Assembly (NCBI RefSeq): GCF_009914755.1
Contig: NC_060940.1
From: the human T2T-CHM13v2.0 reference genome, Homo sapiens
Direction: 5' to 3' (one strand)
Length of the DNA: 64,000 bases
Positions within the stretch are counted from its first letter, which is position 1. Each line of letters opens with the position of its first letter. The notes beneath the pieces were generated by a model that was not told where the DNA came from, searched no databases, and saw only the letters and a list, made by a program, of their open reading frames with translations. Both the position numbers and the translations under genes were made by a program. Below are positions 1 to 38,300 of the stretch, in pieces.

Positions 1-1320
1 TTGACCGATTGAGTTTTCCCAGCGTCGACGCGCAAAGATTCCTCGCACTTGGAGGCCCTTTTCCAGGTTAGATGGTTGCTAACCTCGGAGCAGTCTATTT
101 TCCCGCCTTTTCCGCGCCCAGCAGCAGCTTCCTTTGCCCCTCCCAACTTCCAGCCTGCGCGCAGTCGCAGATCGCCGCTGCTGTCCGTCCACCCGCGCCC
201 CCTCAAAGCTTCCCCTAGCAACAAGCTCGGGCTCAGAGCGAAGGCGGGGCGAGCGCATGCGCTGCAGCTCTGTCCACCGCCAGTCGTGGGACAGAGTGCC
301 GGGCTCCTCCCCTTGCAAGTCTAGCTCTTCTCCCCGCCTCCTCCGGCCTGGGGTCCGCGTGGCGGGGCGGGCGCGCACTCGGGCTTGGCGGCTGCCGGTC
401 TCCCAGGCCGCGGCAGTGAGGAGAGAGGGCGGGGCTGAGTCCTCTGCGCCCCCGCCCCCTTTAGCCCGGCGTCCCTACCGCGCCTGCGCGCTCCCGCCCG
501 GTCTCCATCTTGGAATTGGGAGGAAGAGGGAGAGGGAGACCGGGACGAGACCGGGGCTGTGGTGCGGAGAGAGGCTGAGACGGAGAAGAGGAGAGGCAGA
601 GAGGGCGCGGGGACCGTCAGCAGCACCTTAGCTACAATCGTTCAGCTATTCTCGGAAGAGAGAAGGGAGAGGGAGGAGGCCGGGGCGGGAGTGGGGGCTG
701 TCACCCTCGGACCCCGGCGTGAGAGGGGCCGTGCGGCCGGACGTCCTCGGGGTGGGCCCCCAGTCGGTGGCCGAAGACCTACAGCTCAGGCCCCTGGGTC
801 CCAAATTTCCAGGCTTTGCCCCTCCTCCTTTCTCAGATACCCGGGTAACAGTCCTCATAGTCCAGATATCCGGGACTCGGGTCCCAACCTCTCTAAACCT
901 GGGTCTCTGTTTCATAGAATTTCAAATATCAGGTTCAGGCCCCTGCGTGCACCAGTATCCGGGGTTCATTCCCCGGGCGTTCAAATATCGGATTCAGTCT
1001 CCATCCCGTTCAGATATTCGGGGTTCAGACCCCACAATCAGAAATCCGGAATTCGGCAGCTGTCGCCCTCGACGAGGGGGAGGACTGGACCGCGAGGTCA
1101 GATTAGGTTGTCACCCCCTCCCCTCCAGGGGAGGCTTCCCGGGCCCGCCCCTCAGGAAGGGCGAAAGCCGAGGAAGAGGTGGCAAGGGGAAAGGTCTCCT
1201 TGCCCCTCTCCCTGCTTGGCAGAGCCGCTGGAGGACCCCAGGCGGAAGCGGAGGCGCTGGGGCACCATAGTGACCCCTACCAGGTGAGACACGGGGTGCA
1301 GGGGCGCGGGTCCCTGTGTC
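1..1320 (+). promoter_or_regulatory. TAOK2: CpG-island promoter and non-coding exon 1 of TAOK2 (donor CAG|GTGAGA after 1283)
   Basis: CpG-rich; GC boxes (GGCGGGGC 243-250, 361-371); NRF1 palindrome GCGCATGCGC 253-262; strong donor at 1283/1284; next acceptor 4372/4373 precedes Kozak GCCACCATG. Confidence 0.85.
800..1060 (+). repeat. Degenerate ~29-30 bp tandem array (9 units), consensus ~TYCARATATCCGGGNTTCAGNCCCC, in TAOK2 5' UTR
   Basis: Unit starts 800, 832, 861, 891, 921, 951, 980, 1009, 1037 (spacing 32,29,30,30,30,29,29,28), aligned by eye. Confidence 0.65.
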
Positions 1321-1732
1321 TAGTTCTGAGAAGAAAGGGTGCGCCTTTCTGAGAAGCTGGACTTGGGTAGGCCCTCTCAGGATGGGGAAGCCCAGCTGAG
1401 CGAGTGGTCAGCCTCTGGCTAGCCTTGCCTTCTGTTGCCACCCCCTTCCCCTTCCTCTTCCCTTCATTGTGTCTGGTTGGTGGGGGACCTCAGGTGACAG
1501 GGTCTCTGATGTCACCGGGGTTCACACCCTAGGGTGCTTCAGCTAATCAGATGGATTTGCACTTCAGTCTTCTCTCCTTCACTTTGCCCCTCACAGCCAC
1601 CTCTCCTCCCTGATATGTCCCGTTCTCCTGGCTATTCTGTGGTTTTGATTCCCATGCCTCTGATTCCCATGGTGGGTCTGCTTATCTGCTTTTCAGGCCT
1701 GGTCTGGTTGGATTTCTTGTCCTTGCAAGGAA

Positions 1733-1773
1733 GTGTGTGTATATGTGTTTGTGTGTATGCGTGTGTGTGTGTG
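1733..1773. repeat. Imperfect (GT)n microsatellite
   Basis: gtgtgtgtatatgtgtttgtgtgtatgcgtgtgtgtgtgtg. Confidence 0.7.
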
Positions 1774-1949
1774 CTTGGAGGTGCCTGGCAATGTTTTCCC
1801 CCAGCTGCAGTTACCTTCCAACCTCTTGCTGTGATGGTATCAATAATCTCATCCATTTGTCAAACGATCTGTCTTTTACAAAGTGCTTTGACAGCCATTC
1901 TCTCATGTGACATCCCCGCATTCACCCTGTGGGGGCCTCTTTTATTGGC

Positions 1950-2045
1950 ATCTTCCCATTTTACAGTTGAGAACGTTGAGGCCGAGAGAGGTTGCCCAAG
2001 GTCACACAGTGGCAGAACCAGAATTTGAACTCAAGTCCTCAATCA
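1950..2045. mobile_element. MIR SINE fragment
   Basis: MIR core-like: cccattttacag..gag..gaggccgagagaggttgcccaaggtcacacag..gaatttgaactcaagtc. Confidence 0.6.
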
Positions 2046-4407
2046 CATCTTTCCCTGATGCATGCCTGGTTCTTGCCATCTCTTTTCCTCTGAGTTTGGG
2101 CTCGGCCAGGGGTCCCTAGGAGTCCAGGCTGGGGTGAGGTTTAAGAATGGGGATGAGATGAGCTTCCTTTCCAGGAGGGCTCTACTCAGAAGCTTTTCCT
2201 GATGGGAGCCTCTGGCTTTTGCCTCTGCCTCATGGAGTTTTCTATCCACTGTGACCTTCATCTTTACCCCAATCCCAGGGTTTGGCCTGGATTCCTGAGA
2301 GGGCTCTCTCCTGACAAATGGTAGCACTAGTGGCATCTTTTAACTGTTCAAGCCAAGCTGTTGGGGTAGAATGATCCCCCAAAGGATTAAAGCTTTGTGG
2401 GGACCTTGGAGGCAGGGAAGGAAAAATCCATATGCTGAGTGTCTGCATGGTGTTCCTAAGTATGAGATCTCATTAAAATCTTAACAACAGCTCCATGCTG
2501 TAATCCATTTCACTGAAGAGAAGACCAAGAACTGGAAGGAACTTATTTAAAGCCCTGTTGCTGTACATTGCAGACGGGATGTACTGGTAGCATAGCTTAG
2601 GAACAGATAGATACGGGTTTCCTCATCTGTAGAATGGAGATAACATTGTTCGTTTTGGAAGGTGGTTATGATTTAGCACAGACCTTGGTTATTGTTCAAG
2701 TGTTTGTTGTTATTATGGGGAAGGGGACCTGCATGATGTTTTGCCAGTGGGTGGCACCCCTCCGTGTGGCCTAGGTTAGCATTCTGGGGCCTTGTGTTGG
2801 TAAAGAGGTCAGGAAGATTCCTTTGGCAAGTTGAGAGCACCTGCCTTTGTGTGTGGGTGTGTGGTGCTGGTGAGGGGTGCTTGGCACTGTTGCTGGCAGA
2901 AGGGAGAAAAGGGCCGGCTTTGAGCAACCTGCGAGCTGCTGAGGGCTGAGCAGAGAGCAATCACTCAGTCTCCCAGGCTATTCTGAGCCCTCTGCACCCT
3001 GGGGGCCCACTGGAGAGTCAGGCTCCCTCCTTGCCCTCCAGCTTCCAGTTGGGCTGAGACAAAATTAACAACACAACAGGAAACAATGCATGACAGAATA
3101 AATTACATGCTAAAATTGTTAGGTGCTTTTGAGTAGCTAGAACTCTGCCCCAGGAGTCCAGCTCTGCTGAAGGCTCCTTTGTGCCTAAATTCTGACAAGT
3201 GCTTAGGCTGGAGCCTGTCTTGGAATCTCCTTGAGGGTTTTGGTTCTGGTATCCTGCAGGAACTTTCTCCGGGTGTTTGGTTGGGTGCCCTAGGTGCTCT
3301 TCCCAATGGCTGGAGTGGTCAGGACAGGCTTCCTGCAAGAGGGGAGCTGAGCTTGGGGTGACAGCTGAGAGAGTAATGGATACAGGCCTAACCGGGGAGC
3401 CGAAGGTCCTGTTCTCTGACCTTGGAGAAGTCCTTTTTCTTCTCTGTGCCTCAGTGACCTCACCTAGGAAATGGTGATCATGATTCTGCCCTGCCTGTTT
3501 CGAAGGGCTGCTCTGAAATCATAGTGATGGAGGACCAGCTTTGGACAAGGCACTTAACCTTGCTGAGCCTGTTTCTTTATCTGTAAGATAGGGGAAATCA
3601 TAGTACTTGCTTCATAAGGTTGTAGTGAGGACTGAATAGAGATAATGCACGTAAGGTACTCAATAAATGTTATTTGTACCCTGCAAATGTCCTGTACCTG
3701 TGTGTGATGCTTATGCAGTTGGACAGGACAAGTAAGGTGGCCCAGAGCACAGAGAGGCCCTCATAGCCAGATGCCATTTATATCCCTATTCTTCCCATTC
3801 TAGATCTCCCCCTGACTTTTTTGAGAGTGACTTTGCGGGCTCCTCTGGGCCAGTACCCACTTCTAACAATGGACGGATTTCCACCGCCTCCGGCCTGGCC
3901 ATTTCCTGTTCTCTTCCAGGGTGTGAGAGGTTGAGGGAGGAGGGGGCCTCAGCGCCAAGGGGAACAGAAAGGTGCCTGGAAACAGTTGGGGTATAGGACT
4001 TATGGGACAGGACACTTGGGGCTCTGGAGTGCTGGCTGGGAAGCAGAATGTTTTATCCTTGAGGGGAGATACAGGGGCTATAGGGAAATGAGAACTTGTT
4101 GAGCACTGAAGGGGGTGGTGAGGATACTTAGCTTCCCAGAATCTTCCTAGCAGTTTTAGGGACTCCAGGGACCCAGCCCGCGTGATCTGGTTGCCAGGGC
4201 AACTTCATTTTTTGGAGCTTTGATGTTGTTCCTAATCTCCCCCTCCCCTTCCTCGGCAGTGCCTCCTCCTCATCAGGGAATGAGGGGAGGAGATGGCAGA
4301 AACTTGATGGGTCCCTTCCTCTCCCTGAAGGCTCAATCCTTGATCTCTAAGGGTCCCATTTCCATTCCTCAGGCCAGGCCCCACTCTCAGGGCCCCCAGG
4401 GGCCACC

Positions 4408-18206
<13,799 letters not shown>

Positions 18207-18873
18207 GGTGCAGCGGGGAGGAGCAGATGAGCTGGGCAGGGCAGGGGTGGGTGGAGCCTGACCCTGGAGGGCACTGAGCTGGAGGCCCCTGCAAGGGTAG
18301 GGGACAAGATGTAGGCTCCAGCTCCCCTCAGACCTCCTCATCTCATGAGCTTCTTGGGGCTGGCCAGTGGCCCAGGGCCAGCTTGGCGATAGATGCCTCA
18401 AGGCTGCCTGGGAGCCCCGCCTCCCTACCATGGTGCCAGGGGTCTCCCTCCGCCACCTAGGAAAGGAGGGAGATGTGCGTGTCAAATATTCATCTAGTCC
18501 CCTGGGGGAGGGGAAGGGTGGGTCTAGACATACTATATTCAGAGAACTATACTACCCTCACAGTGAGGCCCTCAGACCTGCCACAGGGCAGAGCAGGTCT
18601 GGGGCCTGAGGCAGGGAGAATGAGAGGCCACCTTACTGGCAGGAAGGATCAGGATGGGGTCTTGGGGTCAGGATGCCTGGGTCTCTTCCCGTAACTGTCT
18701 GACGTCCTGTGCCGTCTTGTCCTTTATCTTTTTTTTTTTTTTTTTAATTGGGATCAGGGCTGGGGCGGGGAAACAAGGGAAGGACCTTGGAAGGGGCTGC
18801 TCCCAGGCCTGGGGGGCAGTCGTGGGAGCCCCTCTCAGCTGTGGGGCTGGCACAGAGCCCCAGGCAAGCTTTT

Positions 18874-18879
18874 AATAAA
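18874..18879 (+). terminator. TAOK2: Poly(A) signal AATAAA for TAOK2 beta
   Basis: AATAAA followed by GT-rich downstream sequence. Confidence 0.75.
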
Positions 18880-18986
18880 CTGTTGGTTATTCTAACAGAT
18901 CTCGGGACTCACCCTTCTGTCTTTGGTGTGCGTGAAGGACTGCTCAGTGGCCACTGAATAGTACTGCTTGTGTTTTATAAAGAGAA

Positions 18987-18992
18987 TTTATT
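18987..18992 (-). terminator. HIRIP3: Distal poly(A) signal for HIRIP3 (proximal one at 19656-19661)
   Basis: TTTATT on + strand = AATAAA on - strand downstream of the HIRIP3 stop. Confidence 0.6.
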
Positions 18993-19846
18993 GGGCTGTG
19001 TATCTAAACATTTCAGTGATTTTAATGACTTTAGGTGTGACCAGATCTCGGATCTCAAAGGTGGTCTTCAACCCCTTGACCTCTAATTCCTGTTTTCTTT
19101 GCTTTGACTTCAAAGATTCTTAGGTTTGCCTCCCACACAGACCCCAGGCAGCTCCATGCTCACGAATCTTCCCGCAAGCCTCAGCAGCCAGAGTTCAGTG
19201 GAGACCTCATGTGACTGCAGAGGCTGGGCCTGTAGCCAGAGGCCTAGAGGGCTAGGACTGGCCCAGGAGGTATGGGCTTTTCCCCACCCCTTTGAGGCTA
19301 ACAGCCCATGGACAAAGTGGCTGTTTGCATAAGGGAGAAGGCTTAAGCACTGGCTGCCCTCAAGTCATTCTATCCCTCTCCCAAGTGGGCATTAGGTTAT
19401 CAGACTAGGCTAAAAGCAGAGGGGCCACGGGGTAGGCGGGCAGCACAGGAGCCACACACCCTTCTCCAAAAGGGTCTGGTGGCTGTTGGATGACAGGGTC
19501 TGGAGGCAGGGACTTCTTCCAGGAACCCGGGGGAAATTAAAGGGAACCAGGCCAGGGGAGGAGGTGGAGGCAGTGACTACTGCTCAGTTTCCTGGCCCAA
19601 AATACAGGAGGTGAGAATGGGGGACCAAATTTGATGAGGTGATTAAAAACACTCCTTTATTGAGTCTTAAAAAATAAACACCTTAAAGGGACAGCGTGAA
19701 GCTGAGAAGTAGCATCCCAACAGCTTGTGTCCTTGGGAGCTGCAGTCTTCTCTGAAGGAAGCTGCTTCTGTTCCACAGACACAGGGCAAGGGGTGCTATG
19801 TATGCTTTGTACATGTATCAAGGGTCCCTCCTGGGGGTGGCAGAGC

Positions 19847-22245
19847 TCAGTTACTCTCGCCATCACTGCTGATGATGCCACGCATATGTGACCAGTCTGG
19901 GGGTGCGGGACGGGGCCGCTCTTCATCTGAGTCCAGGGTCCGTCGGTACAGCTCCCCTGGGGGTGCTGCTTCTCCTAAAGGGTTCCAGGCTGTACGTCTG
20001 CGTGGCCGGCCTAGGGGAAAGGGGAAACGAGAGATCAGATGTCTGAGAAGGTCCAACCCCACCTATCTGCTCCTGGGCAGTGAGAGGAAACCCCTTACCC
20101 GAGCCACTGATGATGTTCGCAACATCCAAGGAGGCCACCTCAGCTGCCTCCTCCCTCTGCTCCTTCAGGGCCCGACACTTCCCTAGGGAAGGGGTACCTG
20201 GGGCAGAAGAAGCTGGTGATTCTCTCCTCCCCAGCAGGAAGGCCCTCTCCTGCAGCCCCCAGGGCACGCCGGGCCTCACCCTTCATGCCTAGCGCTTCCA
20301 GTTCTGCCCGGAGGATACTCAGGCGCTCCTTGTGTGAGCAACAGGAGCCCAACAGCTTCTTGTAGTTTCGATGGGCACCACAGGCCCGAATGTAGCGCTT
20401 CAGCCTCATCACAGCCGGGTGGTCCTCTCCACGGCGACCTGAGCCAGCCTAGCAAGGAAAGAGCAGCTGAAGGCCAAGCCTGCTGGGCCTGAGGCAGGGT
20501 CTCCCTCTTCCCTAATAGTGGCCTCCCACCCCTCCTCACCCTCACCTTCCCTCCTTTGGCCTCTGGACTTCCATCTGAGGAGGAAGAGGAGCTTCGTGTC
20601 CTGCCTTTCCTGGAGCTCTTCTTGGAAGAGCGGTTCTTCCTCTCCCCCTGGGGGCCTCCCCCTGCCTCGCTGTCACTTACCTCCCTCTCCAAGTCACTTT
20701 CCTCACCACTGGTGCTGCCCAGTCTGGCCATCTTTCTAGAGCCTTTAGCTGTGGGTTCCCCCTTCCCACTGTCTTCCTCGTCCTCGCTGCTTCCACTCAA
20801 CCTCTTCCCACCCTTAAGCTGGGTCCTGTCCTCACTCTTCCTCTGCACTGGGGGTTCTCTATCTCTCCCACTGTCATCCCCACTGCTGGCTGCCTCTTTC
20901 TGCTCTTCCTCGCTGTCTGAGTCTCCCAAGAGCCTCTTTGCCTGGCTTTTCTGCTTACAGCTCCTCTCCTCCCTAGCTGACTTTCTCCGGCCATTGCTCC
21001 TGGTTCTGGGTTTCCAATCCCCCTTTTCCTCATCCTCTTCTTTCTCTTCCTCCTCCACTTCCTCCTCTCTCTGCTCTTTCTTCTGGGCTAGGATCTCCTC
21101 TTCACTCTCCTGTTCACTTTCCTTCAGGCTTTTAGTTCCTTTATTTCCCTCCACCTTCTTTGCTGTCCTCTGAACGGGTTCTGCCTCGCTCTCCTCACTT
21201 TCTTCCCTGGCCTGCTTCCTACTGACTGAGGCCTTGCCTGGTGCCTGCTTCTTTACCACAGGTTTCTTCCTAGTCTTCCCCTTGTACCCCTTTTCCTCCT
21301 CCTCACTGCTCTCCTCTCCCCTCTGTGCGGGCAGGTCCCTCTGCCGTTCCTCATCACTGCTCTCCTCAACTGCCTTTGAGGCTCGCCTTGGATTCTCCTC
21401 TTTGGCTGGGCTGACTTCTGCTGCCACCCCATTCTTTGCTGGGGGTCCAAAGTAGTCTGGGCTGGAGGCTTCAGAGCCGGACTCTGGAATATGGAGAGGA
21501 GAGAGGGTTGAGACAGGCTCCTCCTGTCCCTTCTCCCTTCACTTCGGATAGGTTGCCTCGAGCCCTGCCCTGACAGTTGGAGGGGCAGCAGGAAACAGCT
21601 ATCTGTACTTGCTGTTCCCGGTTCCTGACTCACTAGCCTTGCTCCCTCATCTAACGCCTGGGGACATAAGAGATGCGCAGTGAATGCTTCTTGAGTGAAC
21701 CAACGATGCAGAAGGCCCCCACAGCAGGGAGGAAGCACTAACCCGACTCTGAATTGAAGCGGAACCTTTTTCTCTCCGGGTCGCTACAAGGGGTGGGAGG
21801 CCTCTTGCCCTTCTTGGTAAGGTCCAGTTTGTCTTCCCTGGAAGCGGCTTCATCCACCTGTGTGTGCGCCAAGAGGGCAAACTATGCACCAAGGCTGCGC
21901 TCACCGCGCCCCGTCAGGCCCCTCCTCCTCAGCAGCAAGCCCCGCCTCCGCCTCCCGCGGCCCAGGCTCCGGCCCGGCACACCTGCATCTTCAGCAGCTC
22001 CTCCTCCACCAGCCGCTTCAGTGCCTGCTTCTCCTCGGGCTCCAGGTGGCTGCGGCCCGAGTGAGCTAAGTACCTCCGCCGCACGATGGAATGCGTAAGC
22101 GTGCTGCAGGGACATGGTGTCAGGACGGAGTCCCGACCCACCCGCGCCCTTTCCAACCCCATCTCCAACCCCCTGGGCACCTGAGGTCCGGGCGGCCTCG
22201 GAAGAAGCTACGGGTGAACTCCTGCATCTCCTTCTCCCGCGCCAT
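19847..22245 (-). CDS. HIRIP3: HIRA-interacting protein 3, histone H2A/H2B chaperone (556 aa)
   Basis: Exons 22245-22181, 22103-21983, 21857-21743, 21483-20546, 20448-20280, 20197-20099, 20010-19847; 1671 nt = 556 aa + stop; MAREKEMQEFTRSFFRGRPDLS...; long E/K/S-rich exon; C-terminal CHZ-like region (LDVANIISGSGRPRRR). Confidence 0.96.
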
Positions 22246-22950
22246 TTTGCTCAACCCGGGATTGACGGCTCCCGCCTTTTTTTCTTCTCGGCCTCCGTCA
22301 GCGCGTTTGACAGCGGCTCGCGCACGCGCAGTGCTGCGGCAACGTGGGGCGAGGGACCGTTGGCCCTTGGCCGCGGACCGCGTGGGCCGAGAACTTTGCC
22401 AGACGAGACTTGTTTTCTCTGGGCAGTTGGAGGGTCTCGCGGCTCCTACCCTTTTTTGGAACGGATCATTTTAAAAGTTCTCGTTAGAAACCAATTCGGC
22501 GCCGGCACCCTTTGGGTGAAACCTAATCAGCCCGCGACGCTGCCTTTCTCACTGGTCACGGGCAACAGCTAGGCTGCTGTTATTTCGCAAGGCAGAAGAG
22601 AAAAGGCATCCTCGCGAGCAGATGAGGAACCTCGGGGATAAATCCTTTTGTGGCTTCAAGTGTCTAAGTACATTAGAGTCAGGAACGGCGCTTTCCAGCG
22701 TCCGCCATTTTTGTGGCGTCACCGCGTCGCTGCTACGCCATCCCCAGCGCAGTGGCTGCCGCGCTCCTGTCCCAGTGTCCCCCGGGAGGTCGGCCCGTGC
22801 GGTGACGCCCCTGAGCGCGGGGTACGCCGGGAGTTGTAGTCCTGACGGCACAGCCTTGCAGCGTCTCCGGAAGTGGAGGCGGGAGCGGCACGGCAGCCAC
22901 TGCTTGGGGTAGCGGGAGGGCAGACTCTGGGCGCCACTCCCGGGCCGGTC
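22246..22950. promoter_or_regulatory. Bidirectional CpG-island promoter of HIRIP3 / INO80E
   Basis: Divergent ATGs ~700 bp apart; YY1 CGCCATTTT (22240 and 22703), ZNF143/THAP11-type GGGAGTTGTAGT 22829-22840, ETS/GABPA CCGGAAGTG 22867-22875, NRF1-like GCGCACGCGCA ~22320. Confidence 0.85.
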
Positions 22951-32082
<9,132 letters not shown>

Positions 32083-32166
32083 CCGTGACATCACGCCATG
32101 CCCACCACGGCCCCGCCCGGCGCCCTCCCCGTGCCAGCACACACGAGTCCAGCTTCCTCGGAGGTG

Positions 32167-32172
32167 TTTATT
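32167..32172 (-). terminator. DOC2A: Poly(A) signal for DOC2A (inside the INO80E 3' UTR)
   Basis: TTTATT on + strand, ~650 nt past the DOC2A stop. Confidence 0.7.
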
Positions 32173-32319
32173 GATGCCCAGCTGCCATGCTCCGGCCACT
32201 GACACAACCAGAAAAGGCGTAAACATGCACGGGTGTCCCCCAGGAGGGTGGCAGGGGCCCTGCCTTCAAACCCCGGCCCCCTCCAGGGGACAGTTATTTA
32301 AACGAGTGGCCGGGAGCAT

Positions 32320-32333
32320 CTGCCACCTGCTGG
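32320..32333 (-). promoter_or_regulatory. Candidate CTCF site
   Basis: Reverse complement CCAGCAGGTGGCAG matches the CTCF core CCASYAGRKGGCRS. Confidence 0.55.
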
Positions 32334-32411
32334 GGAGGCAGAGACCCTGCAATGGCCACCTCTTTAAAAGGGCAGCTGTACAGGGCTAGGTTTTTTCAAT
32401 GAAGTTTCTGT

Positions 32412-32417
32412 ATTAAA
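32412..32417 (+). terminator. INO80E: Poly(A) signal ATTAAA for INO80E
   Basis: ATTAAA followed by GT/T-rich downstream element. Confidence 0.65.
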
Positions 32418-32825
32418 GGAGTGGCTCTGGGTTTGTTTTTTGTCCTTTTTTTTTGAGACATTCTCCTCCTCTGAACCTCCCCTAATCCGACCTCCTCCCT
32501 GTTGGGGGAGAGGGACGGGGCAGCGTGGAGAGGCAGGAGTGAGGAGCGCGGGGGCCTGGGGCCGGGCTCTGAGCACTGCCCGGGTGTGCAGATGATGGGG
32601 GGTTTGCATATTTGCAGGGACTAGCGAGTCAGGCAGGAGGTTTGCATATGTGAATATAGAACTCCGCAGCCCCTCATGAGCAGACAGACCCGGGTCACGG
32701 AGACTCACAAAAATAGGTAGTGCAGGGTGGGGGCAGCCCACCCTGTGTAAACGTGCAACACACTCGTGCGAAGGTTGGGTACTGGACCCGGCTCGATGGG
32801 CCTGTGCCGGGACACTGCTGTCCAC

Positions 32826-36964
<4,139 letters not shown>

Positions 36965-37538
36965 TCACTGGCCTCCCTTCCTAGGTGTCGAGGGAGAGGG
37001 TGGTGTGTGCCAGCCGGTGGCAGGTGGGAGGCCTGGGCCCTGCAGACCCCAAGCTGACTCCACAGGGGCTGGGCTGCCAACCCACTCCTTGCAGAAGTCG
37101 AGGTTGCACCACCCCGTCCTCACCCACCCACTTCTAGGTTGTCCCTGTATCATCTTGCCAGCTCCTTCCTCTCCTCCGGGGCTCCCCTCTGCTCCTGAGC
37201 CTGCCTGTCCCCCAAGGGGCCCTGCAGGGCCCCGCCTCTGTTTCTCGGAGGCTCTGTCCTCCTCTGCACCAGGCGCTGGTCTAGTCAGGGTGTCACCCAC
37301 CCCTCTAGGCTCCAACTGCCCACTGTCCCCTCATTCAGCCCCAGGACCTGTCTGCCTGCCTGGTTCCCCCGCTCGCTCACCACAGCCCACGGTGGAGACC
37401 CCAGCCTCAGATGCCACCTCTGGCTCCTCAGGGGAGCCAGAAATTGCAGCCGCAGGAGAGCCGAACACCCCCGTAGCGCACACAGGCTGGCACGCTTCCC
37501 CGCACCCTCACGCCCCCGGCCTGCCCAGCCCCCTGCAC

Positions 37539-38300
37539 CTGCCTCTGCCTCCAACAGGTGCCCAGGCACTGGGGGGACGGCGGGCGCAGGCTGGGCGGCG
37601 GCGGCCGGCGAGGAGAGCGCGGAGTCGAGCTGTGCGAGCCGAGAGGGAGGGAGCGCCGAGAAAGTGCGGGGAGGAGGGGGTGAGCGAGGTGGAGGCGAGG
37701 ATGCAGCCGGCGCGGCGGCGGGGGACGGGGAGGGGCGCTGGGGCTGGGGAGGGGGCGGGATCTCGGACTCCCACCCGGGGCCCGCTCGGGAGCGCACGCG
37801 AGCGCGCACACACACGTGTGCTCGCGCGCGCACACTCACGCAGGGGCACGCGGACCGGCACACACTCGTGTGCACACATCCAGCCGGGCACCCCCGCGCG
37901 CACACGCCCGTGCCCACGTGTGCACGCTCACACCCTTGCACACACCCAGGCGCGCGCTGGCACACTTACCCGGAGAACTTCGCACACACACGCACTCGCA
38001 AACACGCGGGCTCCCTGCGCCACCAGGAAGCAGCCGCCAGAATCGCCGGGTGTTCCCCAACTACTCCTGGGAGACCTGGCCCCCCGCCCCCGCCCGCGCG
38101 CGCGGCCACGGCGCCTCCCTCCCTCCCGGGTCCCCAAGGCCGGACCACCGGCCTCGTTGTCATGGCGACGCCGGCTCATCTCCCCCCACCCCCGCGCGTC
38201 TTCACGCCCCTCCCCCGCAGGGAGCTGGGGCCTCCCTCCTCCCTTCCCCACGTCCGTAGGGACCCACAGGTTGACAGGAGCAGGGGGTCGCCTGCTGTCA
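37539..38300 (-). promoter_or_regulatory. DOC2A: DOC2A CpG-island promoter and non-coding first exon (candidate donor CAG|GTGCAG at 37539/37538)
   Basis: CpG-rich; GC boxes; E-boxes CACGTG (37813, 37915); upstream of the ATG-containing exon. Confidence 0.65.

Noticed and set aside
800-1060. CRISPR-like interpretation of the periodic 5' UTR array
   Set aside because: Human DNA, degenerate repeats, linkers only ~5-10 nt, no cas genes.
559-1287. 242-aa ORF as an N-terminal extension of TAOK2
   Set aside because: After splicing (725+35 nt) it is out of frame with the ATG; the in-frame reading is blocked by TAG-TGA at 1268-1273.
20556-21173. 205-aa Ser/Leu-rich ORF antisense to HIRIP3 exon 4
   Set aside because: Mirror of the purine-rich E/K/S coding strand; expected shadow ORF.
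32603-32650. Two TTTGCATAT octamer-like motifs in the DOC2A 3' UTR
   Set aside because: Imperfect octamers (GTTTGCAT); too short to support without data.
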